A DNA stretch of 64,000 nt from the NCBI GenBank assembly GCA_963575745.1, contig CAUYUJ010000034.1, forward strand, positions 1 through 64,000, given 5' to 3'. The notes beneath the pieces are model-generated. The model was not told the DNA's origin and ran no database searches. It saw only the letters and a program-made list of their open reading frames with translations. Positions 25,601-39,881 of this stretch are shown here, piece after piece. How positions within the stretch are numbered: the first letter of the stretch is position 1; each line of letters starts with the position of its first letter. The translations under genes were made by a program, and so were the position numbers. This DNA is from Prorocentrum cordatum. Its lineage: Eukaryota.

Positions 25601-28600
25601 CCGGACTGGTAAACAGGCCGGTTGTCGTCCGCACAATGCTTTGTCTGGGGATACCCCGTTATGAAACGCACAAGCACTGCAGACAAATAGGCCTTCTTGC
25701 AGTAGTCGAGTAAAGACAAATGGTTTGTTGTGTCGTTTTAGTTCTTACATACCATGTAAGGTGTACCTTGGGATGCCGCTGCGCACTTCGATGACGGCGA
25801 CATACTGGCCTCAAGTTCGCACACGAAGTCCTTTGCCTTTCGGCTGCAGGGCAGCTTTGGCAGCACCGTTGCTCAGAATACCCTCATCTTCGGAGTACAA
25901 CACGGTGGCCAGACCGTGCTGCAACCAGCAGTTGTGGCAGGCGTCTCATATAGCATGCATCGCCCTGTCGGCAATCTCTTGGCCTGCAGCCCATCGAATG
26001 CACGGGTCGATGATGTGAAACAATGTCGTTTGTAAAAAACATCAAATTACACCCGAATTCCTTGTTGAATTTGCCAGAGAGACCTATCGAAGGCATGACA
26101 GCCTTGCCATGTTCCTCCCAGGCTCTGCACTCACGGCAAGAAACAACTCCACCTTCTATCATGCTTTATCGTACAACATCAAGTCCTACGCGAGGCAGAA
26201 GTGCACGCATCTTTGCATCAGAGGCGTGATACCAGAGGACGTGGAGCTTTCGTAGCTCTTTCAGCACGGTGGTCGGATCGTAACTCCGTAACTTCTGAAG
26301 GCTTATCGGAATGTCAAACCTTGACCAATCAGGCAACCTTGCACGCGGCCGCGTGTCCGCTGGAGGCGGGGGAGAAGGCGGCGCAACGCCGCTTTCCTCT
26401 CGCACGCGTCGTCCTGCGACACGCGGAGGGTCAGTAGAGCTGCCACCCCAGAGCCGCTGCGTGCGCCTCTTGTCATGTCGTAACTGCTGGCGCCCACGGT
26501 TCGGTCCTGGGGTTTCCTGAGTGAAGGTGGAGGTGCACGTGGCCGTTCTTCTCACCAGGGTCTCTGTCGAGCTGGTGGCAGCTCCGCCGGCGCAGGTTCC
26601 TCATGAAAGCGGTCGTCGGACGCCGCTGCTGGCGAAGCGGTAGCAGGCGCAGGCGCCCCTTCCGCCGGTGCTGGCGCAGCCGGTGGAGCTTGTCCGTCGC
26701 TGTCTGGCCGTTGCCACTGTTGGACAAACCCACACTTGCCTGGCGTCAGCTGGTGGCCGCGCTTATTTTTGCCATTGTCCTTTTTACAATTTGGGCATAC
26801 CCAGTGATAGGGTTCCTTGGCATACCAACGGCATTGACGTGGGTCTCGGTTATGACTTGGTGAGTTCATTTGAACGTTGTCGATAAGAGCTGGGCAACCA
26901 AGTCACCCCGATGGCGGTCGTTCGATGCACCCTCTCTCTTCGTGTGGCATCGCGGGGTCATCGAGATCGAATCCAGCACTGTTGGCCACAAGGGTGTCTG
27001 TGCAATGCCTATCTGCCAAGGTTTGTTGCCTCGTGCATCGAGGGACTTCGCATCGCAATCTGTACTGAATCTACGACCAACAACTGCATAGTTGGATTGC
27101 ATGGGGCCACCTGCGCCAGTTCTCGGTTGCACGCTTGGGCGTGTTCACGATTGCCAGAACATCTTCTGTCGTCGAACGGTTTGAGAATGCCGAGCTGATT
27201 GGCCATACTTTCCATAGGTTCCACGTAGCCTTGTCGGGCACTTGTCTACTATCTGCTTGCAAGTGGCCTTGCGTTTGACTGTGTCGCCCAGGGCGCATTT
27301 CGCCCCCCCAGGTGCCAAACGGCTGTTCCCTGAGGAGCATGCGTTGGAGGTCGTCTTGCATGAAGGCTGCCTCCCAACAGAAGGCGATGCGGGGAAGGTC
27401 CTCCCTGCGGTGTTTGTACCACGTGTCGTAGTTGACTCGTGAGCTAAAGTGCGAAGGCAAACCTGCGGTTCTGCAGTTGGGTTGCAGTAATACTATTGCG
27501 ACAGAGCATGTATACAGATGGTGCTCCACGGCCGGATGTACTCGTGGACTGCACAGGTCAACATTGGCACCTTTGTCTAGGTTACCTCCAGAGCTACGAT
27601 TGCCTTGGAATGCTAGTTGTGAGATGCCGCCAGTGCCTCTACATGGTTCTAACATATCTACACAGCTGCCCCTTCCATAAAAGAGGGCAGGGACAATGGT
27701 AAATACGCCGGCACGCGCGTCCGCAATGTCACTTGGGAGCGTTAAGACGAGGCTGTCGTCCTTGTCTGACTCCAGCATTCCTACTAGAACGACGGCGAGC
27801 AGTGCGGCATCTCCTAGGCCTTTGAGGTCGTCACCACAGTCGTCGCTGTCATCTTCAACGCGCGTGGGTCTCTTCTTTGGTTTGATGCCAGCTTCCTTAT
27901 CATATGTTTGATTCTCTTCTTGCTTAATCTGGCCATCGGTTGGCAATGCTGATCGCACGTTTGGCGCGTCCGCCAACATCGGCGAAGTCGGAAAGTCGGG
28001 CAGGCCCCCGTCGCCAAGCCCAATCGAGAGGGGGGGAGAACCATCATCTACGATGAACGTACCTCGTTTCTGACGGCTTGGCGGCGCACGCCCGCGCCCG
28101 AGAAACGCCTGGGGAGCTACTTCCCGGCATTGTCTCGCACATATACTGCGGACTCCGTTGGGTAGCAGCGCCTCCAAATTGTAGCGGGTCGGTTGGTCCT
28201 TGACTTTCATAAATGAATCCGACCTTCTTTTTGTCATGGTCATGTGTAAACCGGCGCACAACGTCGCCCCAACGTGGTCCGCTGTCGCTGGACTGCATGT
28301 ATTTAAGGGCGTTCGTATCGGTGCGAGTGGACACTTGCGAGTAAGCTTGCGATCTGTCTTTGCTTGTATCCTTGACGAGTTGGTCCACACGTTGTGCGGT
28401 CAGGAATTTCATTATCTTGTTTCGCCATTCGGCAAGTTGCTGGTCGTGTCCGTACCAGTCCAGCACGTGCCCCTTCGGAATTGTACACTTACATATCCAT
28501 AGTGGTCTCGGAAATTTCGTGCAAGATGTAAATATCGGTATGTAAGAGCCACTGGGCCTCTTGTTGACCTGATCGAACTTGATGTCGTTACGGCATGCGC

Positions 28601-29750
28601 GCATCCGGATGCCTCTGACTTTCAGCTTGCATTGGAGCCTACTTCCAGAAGAATCGGGGGGTCCTATCAAGACAGTTTGCATTATGAGAGCTTGTGCTTT
28701 GGTCAGGAAGTTACGTGTTATCTCATCGTGTGGCCCAGCCCGTTTACTTGGCAATCTGATATACCAGTGGGCGGGCATGGCGACCCAGAGCAGCGCGTAA
28801 TCTCCGGATGTGACTATTGCGAGATAGTGTGTTCCCATCGACGTCATTACCTCGTTATGTGCGATGCAATCGCACATATATCCTCGACGGCGCTGTCCTG
28901 CGGAAGCCGTGCGAATATCTTCCTTATATAACTAAGGCTTGAGAGTGATATACTTCCGCGTTGGTTATGGAGCGCCTGTCCACGCTGTTCTTCGCCATAA
29001 GGCACGCGCCGGGGCCTTTGGCCCCCTTGGGGCGGCAAGCAGGCTTGGCCAGAGGGCCCGCCTGGCCCCGTCAACGGGGGTCATCTATGCGGGGTAGAGT
29101 GCCCGGCGTCTCGTCGCTCGAGTACGACCCAACCCCGGTGGTGCCCTGCTCGGCGGTGATGCGCGACGACGAGCCAGGGTCTCCGATGTGGAAGATCTGT
29201 GGCCTGTCCTCGAATCGGGATAATGCCCCAGTCTTCTCTGGGCGCGGTCGCCCTCGACACATCGGGGGCGCCTGCGAGCCAGGTCCATAGCCTCCTCCAG
29301 GCGTGGATAGAGGAGGTTTGTCCTTGGGTCTGGATCCCTCTGTCAGCTGCTCTTGCACTTTTCGGTGGACGCCTGCAAGCAGCATCCTGGTCATCTCATC
29401 GCGATCCACTGGGCGATCAGACAGACACCAGCCGTCTATTGTCGAGCTGACAATCATGGCGGGTCGCGTCGTCCACGGCCTGATCCACGAAGCAGTTCAA
29501 CGTTTCATGATTATACTCGCCAGTGTCCTGGCACGCATCGAAAGCCTGTCCACGGTTGGCCTCCGTCTCGTGCTGGGGTGAGCTCCCTTCACTGACGCAA
29601 GTGAAAGTCGCGGCTGCTGACTCGCCCTCTGTTCTGGGAGTGCCCCCCCCCCCCCCATAGTTCGAACATGGGGTGGCTAGGTGCCCCAAGGGCGTCTTTT
29701 CCAGCATCAGAACCTGCGCGCCCTTGCCAATCTGCACCTTGCACGCGTGA
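22640..29750 (-). mobile_element. Decayed, 5'-truncated Ty1/copia LTR retrotransposon
   Basis: Copia domain order on the minus strand: protease-end-like TPLGHLA (~29700), integrase Zn finger LHVLWYH..CREC (~26120-26260) and core, RT motifs VYKWK..RLRLV..DVDKAFL..HVDD (~23600-24200), RNase H VRSGYSAEALAA..TDAE (22900-23400), and a G-rich polypurine tract at ~22652-22666. Many stops and frameshifts. Confidence 0.85.
27000..27670 (-). pseudogene. C5 cytosine-methyltransferase-like domain inside the copia polyprotein
   Basis: EPCRGTGG (motif I-like, 27626-27649), LQPNC (motif IV PC-like, 27473-27484) and REQP (motif VI-like, 27320-27328) occur in the expected order. Confidence 0.5.
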
Positions 29751-31130
29751 GCACCTACTTTTTCAGTCGCAGCTCTGGTAGCGATCTCAGACGTCTCGAT
29801 ACTCTAGGCGAATGTTCCTGGTCGTCTCTCATTGAAGACTTTAGTCGCAGCTCTGGTGGCACACCGATCTCAGGCGCCTAGATACTTTAGACCAGCGTCT
29901 GTGATAATTTCCTGTCGATTGGCGCGCATCTCAGCTCCGTAGATTGTCTAGAGCTCGAAGTAAATCGAGAAAAAAAGAATCACCTCTTACAGAAAATTAC
30001 AGAGTGCGAATAGTTTTCGAATCACAGCTCTGGTAGCAGAATTGATGCTGCAAGCGAATATTCATAACCATGCACTGTCGATGGGTGTGAATCGCAGCCC
30101 CGTAGCTCGCCTACAGCACTAGTGAAGTAGAGAAACCAACATTCTCTCTCAAAAAGTAGAAGGGTACAAATAATTTGTTTGGTAACAGCTCTGGTAGCAT
30201 ACCGATCGGAGGCGTCTAGATACTTTATCCTGATGCATTCCTATCGATCGGCGTCCTTCCTAACTCTGTGGCTGATCTACAGACGATTGCGTAGAGGAAC
30301 AAACCTTCCTCTCTGAAAATTTGCAGCAGAGCCAGAGTTAAAGTTTGAATCGTAGCTCTGGTGGCAAACCGATCCCAGATGTCTCGACACTGTAGGCGAA
30401 TGTTCCTCAATTACTGTTGAACGCTATGCTTCCCAGCTCCACAGCTTGTCTGCTGCTCGAATTAAGTTGAGCAGCATTGCCACTTAAAAAGCATTACAGA
30501 TTGCACATAGCTTGCTTGGTTGCAGCTCTGGTAGCAGACCAATATCAGGCGTCTAGATACTGTAGACCAGCGTTCCTGATCATGTCCTGCCTGCTCCTGT
30601 GCCCAACAGCTCTGTAGACCAGCACCTGCCAAGATGACACTCAACCCGCGATCCAGCCTGAATGCTTTTCGCTAGTAAGGTCCACCCGATCGACCTGATA
30701 TCAAAATGGCGAGCGGAATAAGATCAAAGATGGGAGACAAAATAATAGAGCTCTAACGAATTGTTGAGTTTTGAGAACATAACTTTTAACCAACCAAAAC
30801 TGGGTGCCGGCAGTAAACCGTCAACCAGGCTACCGCCAGGGACCTCGTAGAGCTCCTGACTCACGTACAAGTGCTGTCGACGCGGGCAGTAAGATGCCTG
30901 GAATATCAGCTTGGAAGCTAGAGACATCTCTACTTTCTCTGAAAAAAATTTTGAACCTGGGACGGAAATGTCGCCGCTACAGCGCTCTCGATGCGGAAGG
31001 TAAGCTCCCTGGAACATCAGCTTGAAAACCGAAAGGAAGTCATTATTGGGAATTCTAACGGAGAGTCAGTTACAAATACTTTTCAATATTTGACCTGCTG
31101 GAGATCTACGAATATATTTTTTTTTTTTTA

Positions 31131-31209
<79 letters not shown>

Positions 31210-32165
31210 GGGACATAAACCTCTTCGGTTGCAAATGAATTGCACTACAAACGGATCACTGAATTTCTCAACAACTTTTTTCAGATCGGTCTCTCGAAGT
31301 GAATAGATGGAAAGATTGCAGCTACAGCCCCGAGACGACTTTCATCAGCAAACGCAGCGTAATTGGATGCTCACTGGAAGAATCTTATAATTCGAAGCCG
31401 GTGATCGACTCTCTCTAAATCTTGCAAAAACAACATAACTTAAGTTTTCTCATCAACTTCAAGTTTTATTCCTCCACGTCTTATTCCACGGGCAGACGCA
31501 GCATAACCCATTAAACATGCAAAAATATTGGTTTTCAAAACTGGACGCGGGCGGAAAGCCGTCATGCTGGCTACCGCCGGGGACCCCGTAGAGCCCCCCA
31601 CGCCCCCATCCGACGCCATCGACGTGCTCCTGCTGCTCCTGCTGCTGCTGCTTCTGCTACTCCTCCTGCTGTTGCTCCTGCTGCTGCTCCTTCTGCTGCT
31701 CCTCCTGCTACTCCTCCTGCTGCTGCTCCTTCTGCTGTTCCTCTACTCCTCCTGATGTTGTTCCTGCTGCTTCTCCTCATTATGCTTATCCTGCTTATGC
31801 TCCTCCTTCTGCGCCGCCTCTTCCTCCTTCTGCCGCTCCTGCTGCTGCTGCTGCTCCTCATCATGATCCTCCTCCTCTCCTCCTCCTCTCCTTCTTCTTC
31901 TGATCCTCCTCCTCCTCACATTCAGAAATCTTGCGAAAACCGAAGAACTTAATTTTGTCATACCTATTTGAAGTCGGTCCCCCTACGTCGCTGCATCCTA
32001 TTATTGCAGCTACGGACCCCAGAAATTGGCAGGCAGACGCGGCATGACCCACTACACGTTAGGAACACACTGGTTCCCAAAACGAGTTGTCAAAACGCTC
32101 ACAATATCAAAAAAAACGACCCCAGGTCATCACACTGGAAGCTGGCGGCAAGCCGTCATCCTTGG

Positions 32166-33942
32166 TTTTTGCTCTGCGCAGAGCCACGGGCCTGAGCCCA
32201 GGCCCGCTCGGGTCACAGCCACGCGCGAGGGGGGGCAGCGAAGCCGAGGGCTTCCAGCAACGCCACGACACCCCGCAGCAGGTCCTTTGCAGCAAAAAGC
32301 TCGGCTTGAGTCATCGCGCAGGCAGGCGGCAGAGAGAAGGCTTCAGAGGCGGCATCACACCACCAGCACGAGGCAGGTGGGCTAACAGAAAGACATTGGA
32401 GGTGAAGAGGAAGAGAAGGTTGCGCAAACAAATCAAGACCCCAGCCTCCGCCACAGCCTTCGGAACTGCGGCCACCGTCCATGTTACCACGGAATCCTCG
32501 GATGGTCACCTGCCGCAGTATATATACGCGGGTCGAATGCGTATTGACTCTGGCCCATGCGGGCCAGCCATATCTGATGATCAGCTCGTGTGTTACCTTC
32601 GCAATAAAACCGCTTAACAAGATCACAACCGTGGGGTAGGGCTCTCAGCTGCACAGGAGGGGACACAGACAATTCGCACAATACCTTCTGAATCGCAGCA
32701 ATCGTCGTCGCACACACATCCGTCGCACACTGCAATATACCGTTGATCCAGTTGCACGCCACCACTGAGTCCCCGAGGATCTCCGGAGGCATCCCAGGGG
32801 CAGCGTGATTCCAGCATGTATGATGGTCGTCGTTATACTGCAGTCGCTTTGATTTCCTCTCCTCCTAGGCCTCCTTGCTACGTTTCCTGACCTCCTCCAT
32901 CACATCCTCCTTCTCCCCACTCCAAGGTCCTCTGGGATCTTTCAATACAATATACTATATACTCCAGGATATGAGTAAGCTCCAAGACACCCAAGACCGC
33001 CCTCGCAAAATGCTTCCATGCATACTCATCCCACCGCAAGTTACTATACCAGTACGCCCCTCCCACCACTTCAAGCGGCGGGGTCCAAGGTCTGCACCCC
33101 GCAGCCGATCCTCCCTCACGACGCCAAGTGCGAGCTCTGACCTCTCTAGTCGGCCGCGCACGGACGAACGCAGCCATCTCGTCCGTCCAAGGCAAAGCCG
33201 CATGCTACATAGTAACCCAGGTCCCAGCGTGCACGCTGGCGTTTGTAATCGCGATTCTGCGGGGCATGCATGAAGGTGGTCCAGTCCTTCTCTGGAGGCT
33301 TGCGTTGCCACATCATCCTAGCTAGCAGCTTCCCCTCACATCTGTGCAAGGCCCCAAAGCTACTCTCAGCCGCAGTCATACCCTCCACCGAAGAGCATCT
33401 TGCTTCGCACCCTGCAGTCGCACCGTCGCAAGCGCCGGATAGTGGAAATATCGCGGCAGCAAACTGGCAGCCGGCGGTAGACCGTCAACCAGGTCACCGC
33501 CGGGACCCTCGTAGAGCTCTTGAAACGCGAATTAGTGCACAGAGTACGACGAGAGAGCTCACTTCAGTATCAGCTTAAAACTCCAAAAATCATTTTCTCT
33601 GTGTTATATGAGTTGGTTACGTCAAGTGTGCCAATCATAACATTAGAGCTACAGAGCTGAGATTTTAACAGGCTGACGTTCCACAACCTACTACAGGTAC
33701 AGAAATTACTGGAGATGTGTAGCTTGCTCCCTGCTTGAGTTCAGTGCACGAGACCATTATCACCTCAGAAAGTGCATCCCAACGGCCGATGGTTCCCCCA
33801 AGTTTTTTGGCAGCAATACTGGAGATGGGAATATCGCGGCAGCAAAAAAATCGTTTGTCCTACCAAAATGCTCGCTCCCCGTACTTGTTCCGACGTAACA
33901 CATCAACAGTGTCTTCATCCCACCGTCAATGACCACCCCCAA
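32166..33942 (-). mobile_element. 5'-truncated decayed LINE, same family as 58.2-64 kb, interrupted by a family-A fragment (33464-~33823)
   Basis: ILGDS..EGNTRAD, MDGG..TQAEL, PWTPPLEVVGGAYW and EGMTAAESSFGALHRCEG are collinear with the C-terminal part of the 1409-aa ORF2. The 3' end abuts a half hairpin motif (32135-32165). Confidence 0.85.
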
Positions 33943-34510
33943 CTGGAAGCCAGCGGTAAACCGTCAACCTTGGCTACCGCCGGGAACTCGTAGAGCTTCC
34001 TGGCGATATACATGAAAATCATGCGGGCGCGGCAATCTCGCGTTCCGCGCGCGCAAGGGCGCGTTTTCATGCAGGGGGACGTGGAGGGGAAGAACGAATG
34101 CGAAGGAGGAGAAGGAGGTGGAGGTGTCTGAGGAAGAGAAGCAGGAGGAGGAGAAGGAGCAGAAGAAGGAAAAGGAAAGGGAACAAGGAGAAAGAGAAGG
34201 AGGATGGCGAGCAGGAAGAGGGGGAAGGATGGAAGGGGGGATGGGATTATGATGAGGAGGAGGAGCAGGAGGACGAGGAGCAGGAAGAGAAGGAGGAGGA
34301 GGAGGAGGAGAAACAGGAAAGAAGCATATGGTGAAAAAAAACAGGAAGAGGAGGAGGAGAAAAAGGAGGAGAAGGAGGAGGGGAAGGAGGAGAAGGAGAA
34401 AGTGGAGGAGCAGCAGGAAGAGAAGGGAAGTTGCTGTTCAGCGGTCTGCTTCCAAGCTCCCTAGCTTCCTATAGCTCCAATTAATTGAAACCAAACACCG
34501 GCTCTCACAA

Positions 34511-36205
34511 TTATCCTGGCGAAGGACCCAACCATAAGCAATTGTTCGTGACGCGTCGTAGGGCCGCTTGCGGTGGGGCTCCCTATGGGGCCGCGAAACG
34601 CTGCCTTGGGTGAGGGAACCGCATGCGAACACCCCCACTGGGGCGGGCCTTCGATGGAGCTTCCTATGAGGCCACGAAACGCTGCCCTGGGTCGGGGAAC
34701 CGCATGCGAACACCCCCACTGGGGCCTTCGGTGGAGCCCCCCTATGGGGCCACGAAACGCTGCCCTGGATGGGGGAACCGCATGCGAACTGCGCCACGGT
34801 GGCCTTCGGCGGAGCCCCCTATGGGGCCACGAAACGCTGCCCTGGGTGGAGGGAAACGCATGCGAACACCCCCACTGGGGCCTTCGGTGGAGCTCCCTAC
34901 GGGGCCACGAAACGCTGCCCTGGGTGGGGGAACCGCATGCGAACACCCCCACTGGCGCCTTCGGTGGAGCTCCCTATGGGGCCACGAAACGCTGCCCTGC
35001 GTGGGGACAGAACCGCATGCGAACTGCGCCACGTGGGCCCTCGGTGGAGCTCCCCGTGGGTCCATGAGACGCTGCCCTGGGTGGGGGAACCGCATGCGAA
35101 CACCCCCGCTGGGGCCTTCGGTGGAGCTCCCTATGGGGCCACGAAACGCTGTCCTGGGCGGGGGAACCGCATGCGAGAGCAGCCACACTGGGGCCTTCGG
35201 TGGAGCTCCCCCTGGGGCCACGAAACGCTGCCCTGCGTGGGGGGGGACCGCATGCGAACACCCCCACTGAGGCCTTCGGCCTATGGGGCCACGAAACGCT
35301 GCCCTGGGCAGGGGAACCGCATGCGAACACCCCCACTGGGGCCTTCGGTGGAGCTCCCAATGGCGCCACGAAACGCTGTCCTGGGCAGGGGGAACCGCAT
35401 GCGAGAGCAACCACTGGGGTCTTCGGTGGAGCTCCAAGGCCCCCATGGGACCACGAAACGCCGCCCTGTGTAGGGGAACCGCATGCGAACACCCCCACTG
35501 AGGCCTTCGGTGGAGCTCCCTATGGGGCCACGAAACGCTGCCCTGGGTGGGAAGGGAACCGCATGCGAACTGCGCCACGGGAGCCTTCGGTGGAGCCCCC
35601 TTATGTGGCCACGACACGCTGCCCTGGGTGGGGGAACCGCATTCGAACACCCCCACTGAGGCCTTCGGTGGAGCCCCCTATGGGGCCACGAAACGCTGTC
35701 CTGGGCGGGGGAGCCGCATGCGAGAGCAGCCACACTGGGGCCTTCGGTGGAGCTCCCCCTGGGGCCACGAAACTTTGTCCTGGGTGGGGGGACCGCACGC
35801 GAGAGCAACAACTGGTGCCCTCGGTGGAGCTCCCTATGGGGCCACGAAACGCTGCCCTGAACCGCGTGCGAACACCCCCACTGGGGTCTTCTGTGGAGCT
35901 CCCTATGGGGTGCGAACACCCCCAGTGGCGCATTCGGAGGAGCCCCCTATGGGGCCACGAAACGCTGCCCTGGGCGGGGGGACCGCATGCGAACACCCCC
36001 ACTGGGACCTTCGGTGGAGCTCCCTATGGGGCTACGAAACGCGCGAGAGGTGCGCCGAGAGCAAGGGTAAGGAGAGGGAGGAGGGAGGAGGGGGAGGAGG
36101 GAGGGGGGAGGAGGGAGGAGGGAGGAGGGGGAGGAGGAAGGAAGGAAAGACGCGGGGCACCGTCACTTCAAAACGAGGACCCAACACCACAGGATGGTTG
36201 GGAAA
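34511..36205 (-). mobile_element. Helentron-like non-autonomous element, family B, copy 1
   Basis: Asymmetric inverted repeat CCCAACCAT/ATGGTTGGG and a 5' hairpin CCCAAC..GTTGGG. The flanks rejoin to match the empty paralogous site at ~46055-46095 with no TSD. Confidence 0.7.
34575..36045. repeat. ~77-bp tandem repeat, ~19 units, internal to family B
   Basis: Unit GGGGCCTTCGGTGGAGCTCCCTATGGGGCCACGAAACGCTGCCCTGGGTGGGGGAACCGCATGCGAACACCCCCACT. Confidence 0.95.
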
Positions 36206-36515
36206 AATGAAAGAATGCAAATAATTATTCTGCTGCAGCTCTGGTAGCAGACCGATCTCAGGCGTCTAGACTGTGGACTGATGTTTCGCAGCAATCCCTG
36301 CCGATGAGGGTGCATATCGGCTCCTTAGCTGGCCTAGATCTCGAAATTATTTCAGGGAACCCACATCAACTCTCGTAAAATATTTGCAGTGCGAACACTT
36401 TTCTGGTCGCAGCAACGATTGCAGGCCAAATCCAGACGCCCCGATGCCTATGCGAATGCAACTGACGACCTCATCTTTCGCAAAGGTATTTCAGCTCCAT
36501 AGAAGCCTACAGCTC

Positions 36516-36644
<129 letters not shown>

Positions 36645-36769
36645 TTGGGAAAACGAATACGTGGTTGCCCTACCTAGCCTCCGCCCAGAAGGGCTCTCAC
36701 TCGCTTGAAAGGGGCCGGGCAGCGCAAACCGCCCCGGGCGGTTCCCCCAGTTCCCTGAGAGCCAAGCAA

Positions 36770-37730
<961 letters not shown>

Positions 37731-38483
37731 ACGATGAGGAGAAGGAGGAGGACGGCGTTTACCGCTCGTACTAATGTTGCTTTCCTAGATGCTCCAACTC
37801 CTAGGTAGGGTCGCACTGGGATGCTTAATTCCAGCTCTGGTAGCAGACCAAGTCGAGGGATCTATACACTTCGGACTAGCCCTACTTATGATTTCCTTTC
37901 GAGCGATGTGCCAAGCAGCTCTGTAGCTCATCTGAAGCCCGAGTTCAGTTAAAGTGATCATCATCTCATAAACAGTCGCAGGGTACAAATAGTTGTTCCG
38001 CCCCAGCTGTGGTAGCAGACCGAGTTCGGGCATTGATACTCAGCACTAGCACTCCTACAGATGTCCTTACGATTGCTGTGTCGAACATTGAAATAGCTTA
38101 TCTGCAGCTCGAGTTCAGTTAATAAAATCAATCATAGATCTTGATAAAATTAGCCGAGTACGAATAGCTTTTTGGTGCCAGTTCTGGAAGCAGACCGCAT
38201 TCGGGCGGCTCGATACTTGACACTAGCGGTCTTGCTAATTTCATTAAGATCGCTGTACCAAACAGCGCTGTAGCTCATCTGTAGCTCGAGCTCAATTAGG
38301 AAAGCCGACAGCACCTGCCAAGAGGACACTCAACAGCTGATCCCGCCCACATGCTATTAATATCTACCCGATCGACCTGAGATCAAGATGATGAGCGGGA
38401 ATATGATCGAATAGGGAGAAAATATTAATGCTCTAACGAATGGATCAATGACGAGAAACAAATTTTCAATAAGCCCAAAAAAA

Positions 38484-38998
38484 CTAGCCTGGCGAAGGAC
38501 CCAACCATGTGCAATTGTGAGTACCGCAATGTGACTCCCTATGGGGCCGCGAAACGCGTGAGGGGAGTGCCGAAATGGGTGCGGCGGGCGCATGCTAACG
38601 CAGACACTGGGGCCTTCGGTGGAGCTCCCTATGGGGCCACGGAACGCGTGAGGGGCGTGCCGAAATGGGTGCGGCGGGCGCATGCTACCGCAGCCACTGG
38701 GGCCTTCGGTGGAGCTCCCTACGGGCCACGAAACGCTTGAGGGGTGTGCCGACATGGGCGCGGCGGGCGCATGCTGACGCAGCCACTGGATGATTCGGTG
38801 GAGCTCCCTATGGGGCCGCGAAACGCGTGAGGGGTGTGCCGTAATCGGTGCGGTGGGCGCATGCGAACGCAGCCCCAGGGGCCTTCGGTGGAAGAAGGAG
38901 GAGGAAGGAGGGGGGAAGGGGGAGGCGGAGAGGAGGAAGGAGGGAACGCGGGGCACCGTCTCTTCAAAACGAAGCCCAGCACCACAGGATGGCCGGGA
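38484..38998 (-). mobile_element. Family B element, copy 2 (short)
   Basis: Same termini as 34511-36205 with ~4 variant internal units. The element strand ends ATGGTTGGGTCCTTCGCCAGGCTAG followed by a T run. Confidence 0.7.
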
Positions 38999-39881
38999 GA
39001 AAAACAAATCTTCCGTCGAGATTTTCCGGGCAAACTAGCCTGCCAGCACGCCGGAATTACTCTCTAGCTTCGCCGCCACGCTCTTAGGGTAGCTCTACGA
39101 ATGATATAGTAATATGTGGAACCTGCTGCAGGAAAATCATAATAGAGTACACCCCGTCGACACGCAGGCGCTTCACCTGATCCGACAGTGCGTCGAGAGG
39201 CACTCTGAACGTCACCTCAAGGGGGGTCGACATCGACATCTGAAGCCCGAAACACATGTACTGCAACGAGCTCGGCTTCCAAGAATTGACTCTCAAATGC
39301 AACGCAAGAGTCACGTCGAGAACCATGGCACGCAACAATGGGAGCCGGCGGTAAACCGTCAACCAGATTACCGCCGCAGCCCTCGTACAGCTCGTGACAC
39401 GCAAAGTAGTGCTCAGAATACTACGCGAAAGCTTCCATAAATCTCAGCTTAAACTTGGAAAATTTACTTTCTCGATTGTACGAAAATGATTTTGCCCAGT
39501 GTTTCCATGGTAGTACGAACTTAAGATTTCGACAGGCTGACGCGTCAAAACCTAGTACAGGTGCAAAGAAGTATGTGTAGCTTGCTTTGGACCTTGAAGT
39601 AAGTCTGCAAGACTATCTGGTAAAAAGGCATCCCAGAGGGCGACGGTTCCCCTACCTTTCGAGAGCTATGCTGCAGCGACAGCCCTGAGGATTTCGCCAT
39701 CAAACGCGTCATGATCGACGACAGAGAGTAAAATTCTGCGCTGTCAAAACGAATAGTCAGATCATTGTCCGCTGGGGCCGGGTGGGCGAACAGCTCCAAC
39801 CCGCGCCCGAATTCCTCTGGCTCATCGATGCCGAGGACCTCTACGAGGTTCTGGGAGCCGGCGGTAAACCGTCAACCTTGG

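Noticed and set aside
34575..36045. 77-bp array (and the 177-bp arrays) as a CRISPR array
   Set aside because: Whole units repeat with no unique spacers, there are no cas genes, and the context is eukaryotic.
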